DNA of 64,000 nucleotides. Source: Eledone cirrhosa. Its lineage: Eukaryota. The notes under the pieces were generated by a model. It searched no databases, was not told where the DNA came from, and saw only the letters and a list, made by a program, of their open reading frames with translations. The stretch's first letter is position 1. Every line of letters begins with the position of its first letter. The stretch spans positions 53,940,001 through 54,004,000 of the forward strand of contig OZ024743.1 of assembly GCA_964016885.1 (NCBI GenBank). The letters run 5' to 3'. Made by a program: the position numbers and the translations under genes. Shown here piece by piece: positions 27,490-40,864 of this stretch.

Positions 27490-27961
27490 TTATGTGAAAT
27501 ATATTTTACAAAAAGAAGTTATACAATGATGGAAATAGGAACAAACAAAGATAAAAACAAAATAATGTAATGAACAGAGAGGGAAGGGGTAAAGAAGGGT
27601 AGATCTGATTGTAAAGGAAAGTAGAGGAAAGGACTACAAATGGCATAAATGAGAGGAAGGGGGAGGGGAGCAAGGACTATTAGACAACGAGAGAAAGAGA
27701 GAGGAAAGGTGAGAATGTGACTGACGCTACACATAGGTCGGGGTGGTATTTCGGCTGCACCGCCTCGGACAAAACTAGAAAGGCATTTCCGCAGACAATG
27801 GCCAGCGACACCAGCTGCAACAGCCACCTCACCTCCCGGTGTTCCTTTCTCAGATGGGCTGCTGACGTTCCGATTTTACTGATGAACTCGGCTGTACGGC
27901 GGAGTCCCAGTACGCCTGAGGTCTCAACGATGACCGGTGGGAAAAGGAAGCGACCGGACAA
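27490..27961 (-). pseudogene. CRE-clade LINE 3' end (RLE C-terminus plus 3' UTR)
   Basis: PVIVETSGVLG..AEFISKIG....LLQLVSLAIVCGNA resembles the CRE C-terminal ET.G / QRLS.A.QRGNA pattern. Confidence 0.65.
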
Positions 27962-28128
27962 GCCCCGGTATTTGCATGTCCTCCTGCCCTAAAGAATGTG
28001 AGACTATTTGTGTCTGTGTATTTGTCTGTTTGTATATATATACCCACTCCGCATATATTGAGTACTACTCTGATTTGGGGTCTTCCCGGTCTTCGTTCTA
28101 CCGACTATATATATATATATATATATAT

Positions 28129-29170
28129 ATGAGAAAAATGGAGCGCTGCGTTGTTGCACATGGGTTACATATGAATAAAATTAGTCCTTCATCAGTGATC
28201 TTCCAGCTTTCATTGGTATTTCATCGCTTTAAAAATCATATACCTCTGGTTGGTGCGAGCAATAACAAATAAAGTTATTGGGACAAGTAAAATAGGGTGA
28301 AACGAGCGAGTCATGTAAACAAATAACGATGGTATGGCAACGGAAAGATAGGAAGAGACAAGCACATGAAATCTGTAAGCTTAAGCTTGGTGAATTCATG
28401 GGCGAGTGATACAGACCATCCGACATGGGCGAGATGTGAGCGAGAAAAGGATTTCACACAGGTCAAAAGGGAGGAAGTGAGAGAGAGGGAGAAGCAGAGA
28501 GCGAATGAGTGGAAGTGTGAGGAAGAGACCAGACGAGAGAGAGTGTGACCCCAATAATTTTATTTGTTATTGCTCGCACCAACTAGAGGTATATGATTTT
28601 TAAAGCGATGAAATACCAATGAAAGTTGGAAGATCACTGATGAACGACTAATTTTATTCATATGTAACCCATGTGCAACCACGAAGCGCTCCATTTTTCT
28701 CATATTTATATTTTTTCCTCAGCTGCGATTGTTTGTTTCTTTCTTACTGCTTCCCTTCTCCACTCTCTCTGTATCTTTCTCCTCTTTTTACTCCCTCTAC
28801 CAGTCACACTCTCTCTCGGCTGGTCTCTTCCACTCACTCACTCTCTGCTTCTCCCTCTCTCTCACTTCCTCCCGTTTGACCCGTGTGAAATCATTTTCTC
28901 GCTCACATCTCGCCCATGTCGGATGGTCTGTATCTCTCGCCCATGAATTCACCAAGCTTAAGCTTACAGATTTCATGTGCTTGTCTCTTCCTATCTTTCC
29001 GTTGCCATACCATCGTTGTTTGTTTACATGTCGCGCTCGTTTCACCCTATTATACTTGTCCCAATAACTTTATTTGTTATTGCTCGCACCAACTAGAGGT
29101 ATATGATTTTTAAAGCGATAAAATACCAATGAAAGTTGGAAGATCACTGATGAAGGACTAATTTTATTCA
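28129..29170 (+). mobile_element. Non-coding ~510-bp partial tandem (28550-29170) with inverted copy (28129-28549); PLE-like architecture
   Basis: 28550 repeated at 29060; the left part is its reverse complement; (TA)n on both sides. Confidence 0.7.
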
Positions 29171-29191
29171 TATATATATATATATATATAC

Positions 29192-29297
<106 letters not shown>

Positions 29298-29492
29298 GGT
29301 TCCACAAAAGATTATCAAACCATACTTGAGAACGCGGGTTTCACTATGGTTTGCTAATTTATTGTGGAACTAATTCTATACCGAACTCGTCCCTTAGACT
29401 AAGTGCTCTACTTACTGTGGATATAACCTACCGTTCTTTACCACTATATATAAATTTATAAAGAAAATCTTGCAATATGGTGTAGAGTCTGC

Positions 29493-29590
<98 letters not shown>

Positions 29591-29983
29591 CGAGGGTAAT
29601 CCCAAAAGTAATGTCTCCAAAGCGATGGGTACGCAGAGAAACTGTTCGTACGGCTGTTGGCAACACTGTTGTGATTGGTGCTTCCTTCACTCCCAAGCAA
29701 GCATGCGCGCACTTCGCTGGGATGCTCAATCTTGGCTTAGCAGCCGTTGAGAATGGAGGTCCCGTTGAACGCTACCGCCAAGTGCGAATTTCGCGCAGTT
29801 ATTATATAGAGGGCAATCCAAAAAGTAAGGTCTCCTTCCGAGGAAAACATGCGTAAAGATCGGCGGATCACTCTGGATGGTCTCTGCATTTTGGTTCCTG
29901 AGTTTACCCGAAGAACCATCCACAGGATTTTAACGAAAAAGTTGCAATATCGGAAGGAGACCTTACTTTTGGGATTGCCCTCG
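29591..29983 (+). mobile_element. Mariner-type non-autonomous element(s)
   Basis: TIR cgagggtaatcccaaaagtaatgtctcc / ggagaccttacttttgggattgccctcg with TA flanks; extra left TIR at 29809; transposase-like start MEVPLNATAKCEFRAVI. Confidence 0.75.
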
Positions 29984-30081
29984 TATATATATATATATAT
30001 ATATTTATTTATTTAAAAACAAATAACGAAACGAAATTAAATTTCGCTTCGTTTGTAACTCACTTATGTATGACTGACGCT

Positions 30082-30515
30082 TAAACAATTAAGTTAAAAA
30101 TGTACATCCATATATGTATACTGAAATACTAGTATGCATATGAATACACACACGCAAATTAGTCTGCCCACTACTAATTTTCATAGAAAAAGCATATAAC
30201 GATATGTGCTTTTACGATTCTCCAGAAAGGCCGGTAGATAGGTAAATATTGCTGATGAGTTGTAACAACAACGAAACTAGTTCAATATTCCTTGTCTGGC
30301 TTTCTGGAGAATAGAGGAAAGGTGTTTCCTCAAAAACCAGTATGACTCTAAAAACCGGTTTGTCTGTGTGTTTACATACAGAATAGCTGGATACTCACAG
30401 TAAAGTAACCAGTGAAAGACTTGGTACATCTACATATGTATACGTGTGTGTATTCATATGCATACTAGTATTTCAGTATACATATATGGATGTACATTTT
30501 TAACTTAATTGTTTA
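30082..30515 (+). mobile_element. ~435-bp non-coding element with 73-bp inverted ends and a central HHR
   Basis: 30082-30154 is the reverse complement of 30443-30515. Confidence 0.65.
30245..30289 (+). ncRNA. Canonical minimal type I hammerhead
   Basis: aatattg-CTGATGA-gttg-taacaa-caac-GAAA-ctag-TT-caatatt; stem I extends to 30217-30312. Confidence 0.85.
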
Positions 30516-30737
30516 TATTTATTTATATATATTTATATATATATTAAAGGAACGATCGACTTTCATCAAATCGGACCGAGGAAACAATGTTTCCGTTGGT
30601 CTTTCCAATTGCGAATACTATCTATCGGTATCAACTCCAGGTAGAAGGAGCAACATGAAATAAAGTGTCTTTCTCAAGGACATAACGCATCGCCCGATTG
30701 TGAATCCAATTCTCTAACCACTCAGCCACACGCCTTC

Positions 30738-30770
<33 letters not shown>

Positions 30771-30914
30771 ACGAAGGAAATGTGGTAAGGAACCAGGTGG
30801 ACCGCAACGCACCAAAGTACTCAATACTTGAGGTAGTAGAGTGGGTAATAGGAACCAGTAAGACCCCGACAGCTGAGCTCAGCTGTTGGGGTCTTACTGG
30901 TTCCTATATATATA

Positions 30915-33615
30915 TATCATCATCAGGTTTAGCGTCCGTGTTCCACGCTTGCATGGGTTTGGACGGGGGTTTTCCCACTCGAGGCAAGAGTGGTTGTCTT
31001 GCTCGCATAGGACTGTCTGGCGGGTTTTCTACAGTTGGATGCCCTTCCTAACACCAACCACATTTACAGTGTGGGGCTGGGAGGTTTTTACCGTGTTGCC
31101 TACACGGCCACATTACAGCGTGGACTGTCTGGCGGGTTTTCTACAGCTGGATGCCCTTCCTAACACCAACCACATTTACAGTGTGGGGCTGGGAGGTTTT
31201 TACCGTGTTGCCTACACGACCACATTTACAGCGTGGACTGTGTGTTTTTTTGTCGTGACACCTACACGATCTCATTTGTTTCGGCCTGGATGTTGTGGGA
31301 CCAACATAACTTTACATTGAAAGGGGCGGTGTGGATGGGGTGGAGGTGGTGGGACGGGGGGGGGGGGTGTTTTGATAGAGATGCCTACTGACTGTAGTAG
31401 GTTTTTACTTTGTATTTAGGTAAGGCGGGTCTTCTCTATTACTGAGTACCGCCAAAGGTCTCGGTCCAGTGACATTGTCTTGGAGAGGTGTAAGCGTGTG
31501 AGGTCGGAATTTATCAGCTCGTCCCATGTTTTTCTGGGTCTGCCTACTCCGTGGCTACCGTCTATCTTTATTGCCCTGCACTTTGTTATACAGCTGTCGT
31601 CTTTCATGCGCATCACGTGACCGTACCAACGTAGCCTTCTCTCGAGTAAACAACACCTGATCCCTCTTATTTCTAATTTTTTCTTAGTTCGTTTATGCTT
31701 TGCCGTTCACGTATATTACTATTGCACATCCAGCGGAGCATGCAAGCTTCGTTCCTCTCTAGTCTGCGTATATCCTCTGCACACAATGCCCAGGTCTCAC
31801 TGCCATGCAGCATTGCTGTTTGTATGCAGGCATCGTATAACCTGCCTTTCATTTTTAGGGAGAACCCTCTACCGGCTAATAGTGGTATAAGCTCTCTGAA
31901 CTTTTTCCATCCAGTTCTGACTCTAGCTACTGTACTTTCAGAGCACCCTCCCCCACTGCTGATTTTGTCACCCAGGTAACGGAAGCTGTCCACTATTTCT
32001 ATAGAACCCTCTGCGCAGTTGAAGGAGCTAGTATTTTGTGGGCACTTGCTGCTACTTATTGCACCAGAGCACCGGCCACATGTAAAATCTATGTTCTTAG
32101 TTAGCTTACCTGTGATCCCACTACATCTTTTATGCACCCATACTTTGCATTTGGGACATAAAATGGAGTTTCTACCTACGCCTTTCCTACACACTGAGCA
32201 TGGCCATTTCCCAGATGGGACTGCCGCCTTATTTTCTTTCCTACAAACTAGAACTTTAGTCTTAGCCAGGTTAATTTTAAGGCCTTTTGATTCTAGGCCG
32301 TGCTTCCATGTTTGGAATTTCTTCTCTAGTTCGGTCATTGATTCAGCTATGAGCGTTAGATCATCTGCGTATAGGAGTTCCCATGGGCAGCCCGTCTTGA
32401 ACTCCTCTGTTATAGCCTGAAGGGCAATAATAAATAGTAGGGGGCTAAGAACAGAGCCCTGATGGACACCAACTTTTACGCTAAACTCTTCACTATATTC
32501 GTTGTTAATTCTAACCTTACTGACTGTTTCTTTATACATGGCTTGTATAGCTCTCACAAGCCATTCGTCAACACCTAGTTTTCTAAGAGACCACCAGATA
32601 ATGAAACGGGGGACTCTGTCGAAGGCTTTCTCCAAGTCGACGAAAGCTAAGTATAGGGGTTTACTTTTAGCTAGGTACTTCTCCTGTAGTTGTCGTACGA
32701 TGAAAAGAGCGTCTGTGGTACTTTTGCCTGACACAAATCCGAACTGCATTTCATCTAGATCAATTCTCTCTCTGATTAGTTGCGCTATTACTTTTTCCGT
32801 GACCTTCATGACCTGGTCGATTAATTTAATGCCTCTATAGTTACTCCTATCTAGGGCATCTCCTTTGCCCTTATAGCAGTTAACGATGATGCTGCTACGC
32901 CAGTCCTTCGGAACAACCCCATTCTGTACGACTTGGTTAACTATCCGGGTGACCATGGTGTGTCCCACCGAACCAGATGCCTTCAGCATCTCAGCAACTA
33001 TTTCCGAAGGACCAGCCGCCTTACCCGTCTTCATATCTTTGATTGCCTTGCTTATTGTACTACCCTTGACTAACACTGCTGGTCCCTCTATTGGGTCGAT
33101 GTGGGGGAGACTGTCTTTCTCCCATTTGTTCTCCTCATTTAGAAGCCTTTCGTAGTGACACTTCCAAGCTACCTTCTTATCAGCGTCGGTGATGGCAAGT
33201 ATGCCATCATCGTTAAGTACACACTTCTCCCCGACAATATCACGGTTTTCCTTGACACATTGCCTGGCAATCCTGAACACCTCACGTTTTTGGTCCTCAC
33301 GTTGTAGAACATGCTTGAACTTTCTTTCCTCTGCTTCCCTTCTTGCGAAGTACACTTGTCTCCTAGCTTCCCTCCTGGCCACTTGATAGTCTTCTCTACT
33401 TCCCCCATCCTGCCATGCTTTCCAAGCCTGCTTTTTGGCCTTAATTGACTCCTCCACCTTACTGTTCCACCGCCATGTTACTCTCCTCCTACCTACAGGC
33501 CTGCTCCAGCCACAGACTTCGTCTGCCGCCGTCAGCAGGTTTGCTCTCAGGAATTCCCACTGTTCCTCTATATTATACGACTCTAATTGCTCTTCCTTAC
33601 TGTCGAAAGCGTCAA

Positions 33616-33617
<2 letters not shown>
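30915..33617 (-). mobile_element. 5'-truncated RTE-clade LINE between (TA)n tracts
   Basis: RT ORF, frameshifted C-terminus (GRPRKTW), ~500-bp 3' region ending in tgatgatga. Confidence 0.88.
31416..33617 (-). pseudogene. RTE reverse transcriptase with PHD-type finger; one frameshift near 31678
   Basis: NYRGIKL, QFGF, FVDLEKAFD, GVHQGSVLSP, LYADD, FRYLG. Confidence 0.9.
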
Positions 33618-34566
<949 letters not shown>

Positions 34567-35223
34567 CTGACTTGCAATGCAACCTGTTGGGTCGTTGTAC
34601 GAGCGGCTTTTGCAAAGAAGACACGTTTATCACTGACAGTACTGTCCCGCTGACAACAGTATTTAGCGGGTCTCGTTTCCTTGACCCCCTACCTAGGAAA
34701 CTGAACGAATACGTTTGCACATGCTTATTGCGGTGAAGCAATAAGCCGCTAGATTAATTGCAGGTACTGTCGACTAGCTTGCTCGATCTGTCATTGGCAT
34801 CTGTCTATGGTAAGTGATCGATGGCAAACGACACACAAACACAATGGCAGCAGGCGAGAGTGTGTTTCTCCTTAAATCACTAGATATTCCGTCTCAATCA
34901 TACTAGCTACCTTCTTTCTCGTTTCCTCTCTTTTATTTTATAGCTTTATTTAACGCGAACTACTGAGCCAATAATTGCACTTCGAAACTTAGCGCCTTCT
35001 CATATTACATAGCCATCCATCTCCTTTCTTTACCAGATACGCATATACACTTACGTATAGACAGACGTGCAAACATTATATATATATATATATATATATA
35101 TAAAGAGAGAGAAAGAGATAGTTAGAGAGAGGGAGAGTGAGAAGATACACACACAATGTATATATATATATATATGTGTATGCGCATGTACGCATTAAGA
35201 CATGCATGTCTCCCACACACCAC

Positions 35224-35275
<52 letters not shown>

Positions 35276-35569
35276 AACAAACAAACACACACAGACATAC
35301 ACACACACAAATATATATTTATATAAATACAGACACACACACACACACACATATATACATATATATATATACGTATAATAGGAATGGTTTCTGTCTGAAT
35401 CAAGTAAACTTCCGCTTACGGTTTGCGCATGCGGCATGTTAAACAGAAGCACACTTCCTATTCGTGTATCCATATTTATCAACCCATGCTGGAATGGTAA
35501 AATGGATGCAAAATGTTAAAAATTGTCATATGTATGTGTGCATATACATAAACATAAATGTATATATAT

Positions 35570-35628
<59 letters not shown>

Positions 35629-35680
35629 CATATATATATATACACACACACACAACACCAACCCCTCAAATAACGTCATG

Positions 35681-35724
<44 letters not shown>

Positions 35725-36540
35725 GAAGGAAAAGTGGTAAGGAACCAGATGGACCATAACGCACCAAAGTACTCAATACTTAGGGTAGTAGAGTGGGTAA
35801 TAGGAACCAGTAGGACCCCGACGGCTGAGCTCAAGCCGTTTCGATGGCTAATTCTGGACGCAGAATTCTGTCCAGAATTAGCCGTCGAAACGGCTTGAGC
35901 TCAGCCGTCGGGGTCCTACTCGTTCCTATATATATATATATATTTAATCATCACTCGCCCTCTCTCTCTCTCTGTTTATATATATAAACACACACATATA
36001 TATATACATGAATATTTGTAAAATTGGAGTATTCTCAACGTGAAAGGTAGGCGTAACAGCTGGACACTATATGCATAGTCAAAAGAATTTTGTGTGGGCA
36101 GGAGTAATGAAAATAGCCACAAATCGAACGGAGAGTGGGAGAGCGAGGGAGAAAGAGAGTCAAAGTATGTGATAAGAAATGGGTTATAGAGTATTATAGA
36201 GAGAGAGAATGGAAGAGGAGGAGAGGAGGAAAATAGGGATGAAAACAATGGAGCAGGACGAAGAGACGGATAGAAAAATGGAGAGAACAAGAAAACAAGA
36301 AAAAGCAATTTAGCGTTATCTGAATCGTCATCTTCCCACAATACTTTTCAATATAATACTGTAACATAGTTTCTCGCGTAAGGGAAGGACTATGTCTAGA
36401 CTATGTCTAGAATATGTCCAGAAGTATATATAAAGACTCCAGTTGCATTTTCGATTTCATCTTTTTTCCTTATACTTTCACTCGTGTAGGACACCTCGGT
36501 TATTTTTCATTTTGTAAAAAAAATCTCACTTTCTAATAAT

Positions 36541-36695
36541 AATAATAATTGTTTCTATATTTGGCACAAGGCCAGTACGTTACTGGTATTTTATTTTATC
36601 GACCCCCGTAAGGATGAAAGGCAAAGTTAACCTCGGCAGGATTTGAACTCAGATCGTAAGGGTCGTAAATATGCTGGAAAGCATGTCCGACCCTC
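36541..36695 (-). mobile_element. tRNA-derived SINE (Deu/Nin-like family)
   Basis: Family core and (att)n tail. Confidence 0.8.
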
Positions 36696-36696
36696 T

Positions 36697-36741
<45 letters not shown>

Positions 36742-36752
36742 GTATAAGATAT

Positions 36753-36821
<69 letters not shown>

Positions 36822-38004
36822 CACGTCTCTCTCTGTTATTTATTTAATCAATCTAATCATCCAGGTAGGGCTGGTAAGCCATGGTAGACTGCGAAAAGTA
36901 TCTAGCACCTCTTATAATTAAGGAACAAAACAAGACATCTGGAGAAATAGGAAGTGAGACAGATATCTCTTATTGATACTCCTATATATATATATATATA
37001 TATATATAACGAATCGAAGAGTCTGATGAGCTATGGATTCCAGAGTCCGCCCCGATCGATACCTTGAGCAGATAAATCTTGAAACACGTGTCACACCTGA
37101 ATAAACTTAATGATACTGTGACACCTCGTTCCTACTTATTAATATTACACTTTTAATGAAGAAAACCGACCATAGTACAACACCAAATTTATAACATCAC
37201 GTACTAAACTTACACGGACCCACCTATTTATCGAGTGCTCAAGTTGGTGAACTAACTGTAGCGTAAGGTTACAATACATAAAACGATATATGTATATATC
37301 GTATATCATATGTATTTGTGTGTGATTTGAGAATGAACATCTGAGCAAGTATTGAACATTATATAAATATTTCAGTATAAACAATGTCTTTATATTTTAC
37401 GCATCAAATGATATAGATTTAAATATCGAACTGTGCATAAAAGTAGGTAGACAGAGATTCATAACACATCCATACATGCAAATATACTTCTGTCTACTCT
37501 ATATCTATCTATATATCATACGAACACACACATATATGCACACGCACACATACATGTTAGTTTCAACGATGTGAGTTCCAATTCTTAATTCAATGTAACA
37601 ACCTGCACTCCAGAAATACGTATACCCGTAACGTAATTTCTGAGGAGATTCAGCATGATATACTGTTTCAATCCTAGCCTTTTGAATTATAAACAGGTTC
37701 ATCCGACTCCCTTTCAAATAATTTCCGTCTACGCAGTTTCAGTCACATTGGTTTTCAACCCAAAACACCTGCCCAAACGCCAAGAAATAAAAAATAAAAA
37801 ACGAAATAAGAAAAGAATAATCTGCCATACTGCGTCCATCATACATATATGAGCTGTGTGTTGGACCTTAATCGGTTTCGACGATGCGTGTTCTAGTTTT
37901 TCTATAAGCGGAACAGCTTGGGGAAAGTGGCTGAGTATTCCACAGACACATACACCCAATTTCTCTGAGAATTTCAGCGTGAGGCAATGACAGACATCAG
38001 AGCC

Positions 38005-38192
38005 GGTGAATTGGCAGTATCGGTAGAGGGTCGGACGCCATGCTTTGACGTATAGAGTTACGGCCCTTGCCATTCTGAGTTCAAATCCCGCCGAGGTTAA
38101 CTTTGCCTTTCATCCTTACGGGATCGATAAAATAAAGTACCAGTAATCTACTGGATAATTGCTGACCTTGTGCCAAAAGTAGAAACAATTAT
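38005..38192 (+). mobile_element. tRNA-derived SINE (Deu/Nin-like family), near full length
   Basis: tggcagtatcggtagag A-box region, gagttcaaatccc B box, family core. Confidence 0.85.
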
Positions 38193-38812
38193 TTTTTCTG
38201 GCAGAGTGGATTGGAAATGCATGGAATAAACCTTCAATGCCGGGGAACCGTTTTAACGGGATTTAATAGATCACATAGACCCTAGCACTTATTTTATCGA
38301 TCCAATACATTACGGGGCATAAACAGAGAGAGAGAGAGAAAGAGAGAGAGCCACGGACTTCGCTAAGTTCCGCCTACCAAACTCCAGACACACGGTATAG
38401 TTCAACTCGATGCTATCATAGAAGACACCAGAGATGACCTGCATTGGAATTGAAGCCAGAACTATGAGGTGAACTCCTTAGGGACACTGCTATTCTCGCA
38501 CCTAACATACACACGTACTTGAATGTGTGTGTATATATATATATATATATATAGGAAAAAGTATGACCACGACGGCAGAGCTCAAGCCGTTTCGACGGCT
38601 ATTTCTGGACAGAAATAGCCGTCGAAACGGCTTGAGCTCTGCCGTCGGGGTCATACTTTTTCCTATTTCCCACTCTACTACCCTAAATATTGAGTACTCT
38701 GGTGCGTTATGGTCCATCTGGTTCCTTACCACAATTCCTTTGTTATATATATATATATATATGTAAACACACACGTCTACAAATATATATATATAAATAA
38801 ACACACACACAA

Positions 38813-38848
<36 letters not shown>

Positions 38849-39050
38849 GTTGTTCTGGTCCTAGCGGCTCGCTTTTCGGTTCAATTTGCATAGCTGTTTA
38901 AACGCAATGTTGTAACTCTAAGGTAAAATTCCTTATTGAGGTAAAATTCTAAGGTAAAATTCCTTATTGAGTGCTTTTGGATGCACTTCCCGACAGCATT
39001 CGTCAGCTGGCCCACAACCAGAGCTTCGATTATGCTGTACTACCTTCTTG

Positions 39051-39267
<217 letters not shown>

Positions 39268-39299
39268 ACTATATATATATGTATATATATATATATATA

Positions 39300-40390
39300 T
39301 TGTTATACATGGGGAGAGTCATATTTGTGTAATAATATTGCCAGAATTAATAACAGAACACACTCACTGTTTGGTTGGTTTTCGCTTCTGTATCTTTTAT
39401 ATCAGTTAATTTAATTTATTCGGTCCTCAATGTTACCATTGACTGACCAACGGTCAGAAATACAGATATAATATAGACACAAACACATATATATAGTCTA
39501 ACAAAGTTCTTTCGTTGCACATCTGCCACATCGTCAGTGGTGCTATTATGTTTCCTCCCGTTGTATTGTATGCCTACGCCATCTTTATTTAGTCTGTTTA
39601 TTTATTTATTCTTTTTTTTATCTTCTCTGCGCATGCGTTTGCGTGTGTGTATAGTGTTTGATGTGTGTTCGTGTTTGGGTGACTGTGTATTGGTTATTGT
39701 ATTCTATCTTAGTTTACTTGTGTGTGTTTATATGTGTTTGTTGTTATTGTGCTTGTGTATGTATTTATTTATTTATTTCTTATTACTTCTCTTAGGTCAG
39801 TATTGTTTGTTTGGGTGTTTTGTTATTCCATTAGTTTTTTCTGTTTAGCCTTGGCCTTCTAAGTTCTATTTCGCTGGCCTCTCTGATTTGCCTATCTGCT
39901 GGGTCATTTCTATGTTTAGATATTATTCTATTTTCTATGTTGTCTATGTTACCGTCGTGTTGTTGTCTAGCATGTTCGTATAGTACTGAACCGTTTTTTA
40001 GTCCTTTTAGTTCCTCCCAGTGTTGGTCTATCCTTTCCCCTATGCTACGAGCTGTCTCGCCTATGTATGTTGTTGTCATGTTTCTGCAAGTACCCTCTGT
40101 ACATCTTATGCTATAGACTACGTTTCTAGTTTTACAGTTAGACTATATATATATGTGTTTGTGTCTATATTATATCTGTATTTCTGACGGTTGGTCAGTC
40201 AATGGTAACATTGAGGACCGAATAAATTAAATTAACCGATATAAAAGACACAGAAGCGAAAACCAACCAAACAGTGAGTGTGTTCTGTTATTAATTCTGG
40301 CAATATTATTACACAAATATGACCCTCCCCAAGTATAACAATATTTGTTTCGACACACGATTTCATATCAAAAACCTCGCAAAACTAATT
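39300..40390 (-). mobile_element. Naiad-like PLE 3' fragment (GIY-YIG ~39831-40140 plus pLTR) with inverted pLTR piece 40141-40390
   Basis: YIGETARSIGERIDQH...REASEIELRRPRLNRKN; HHR motif at 39500-39541. Confidence 0.82.
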
Positions 40391-40399
40391 CATCGCCGT

Positions 40400-40475
<76 letters not shown>

Positions 40476-40589
40476 CGTTATTCCGGATTGAATCGGAGGT
40501 AACCCCAGTAAGTAAGGTACTCAATACATAGCAGTGTAGAAACGTTTTAATAAAGCATACAGTGTATTGCAAAATACACTATATATACA

Positions 40590-40664
<75 letters not shown>

Positions 40665-40864
40665 AAAGGATAACAAGGACGATTGATTACTCCCTCATTG
40701 CATCTATTGGTAGGTGATGCGTGCTTCGCCACTGATCAGCTCAAGGTCCGATCCGTATAGATCCTACCCGACTCAATAATCTGCGGCTCGACGGGCCCTT
40801 TAAAATCCGCCCGAGTCGGGCTGGATCGATACAGATCGAACCCTCAGCCGATCTATGGCGAAAC

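Noticed and set aside
35405-35460. ETS- and NRF1-like promoter motifs
   Set aside because: Short motifs that also occur in repeats here; no gene context
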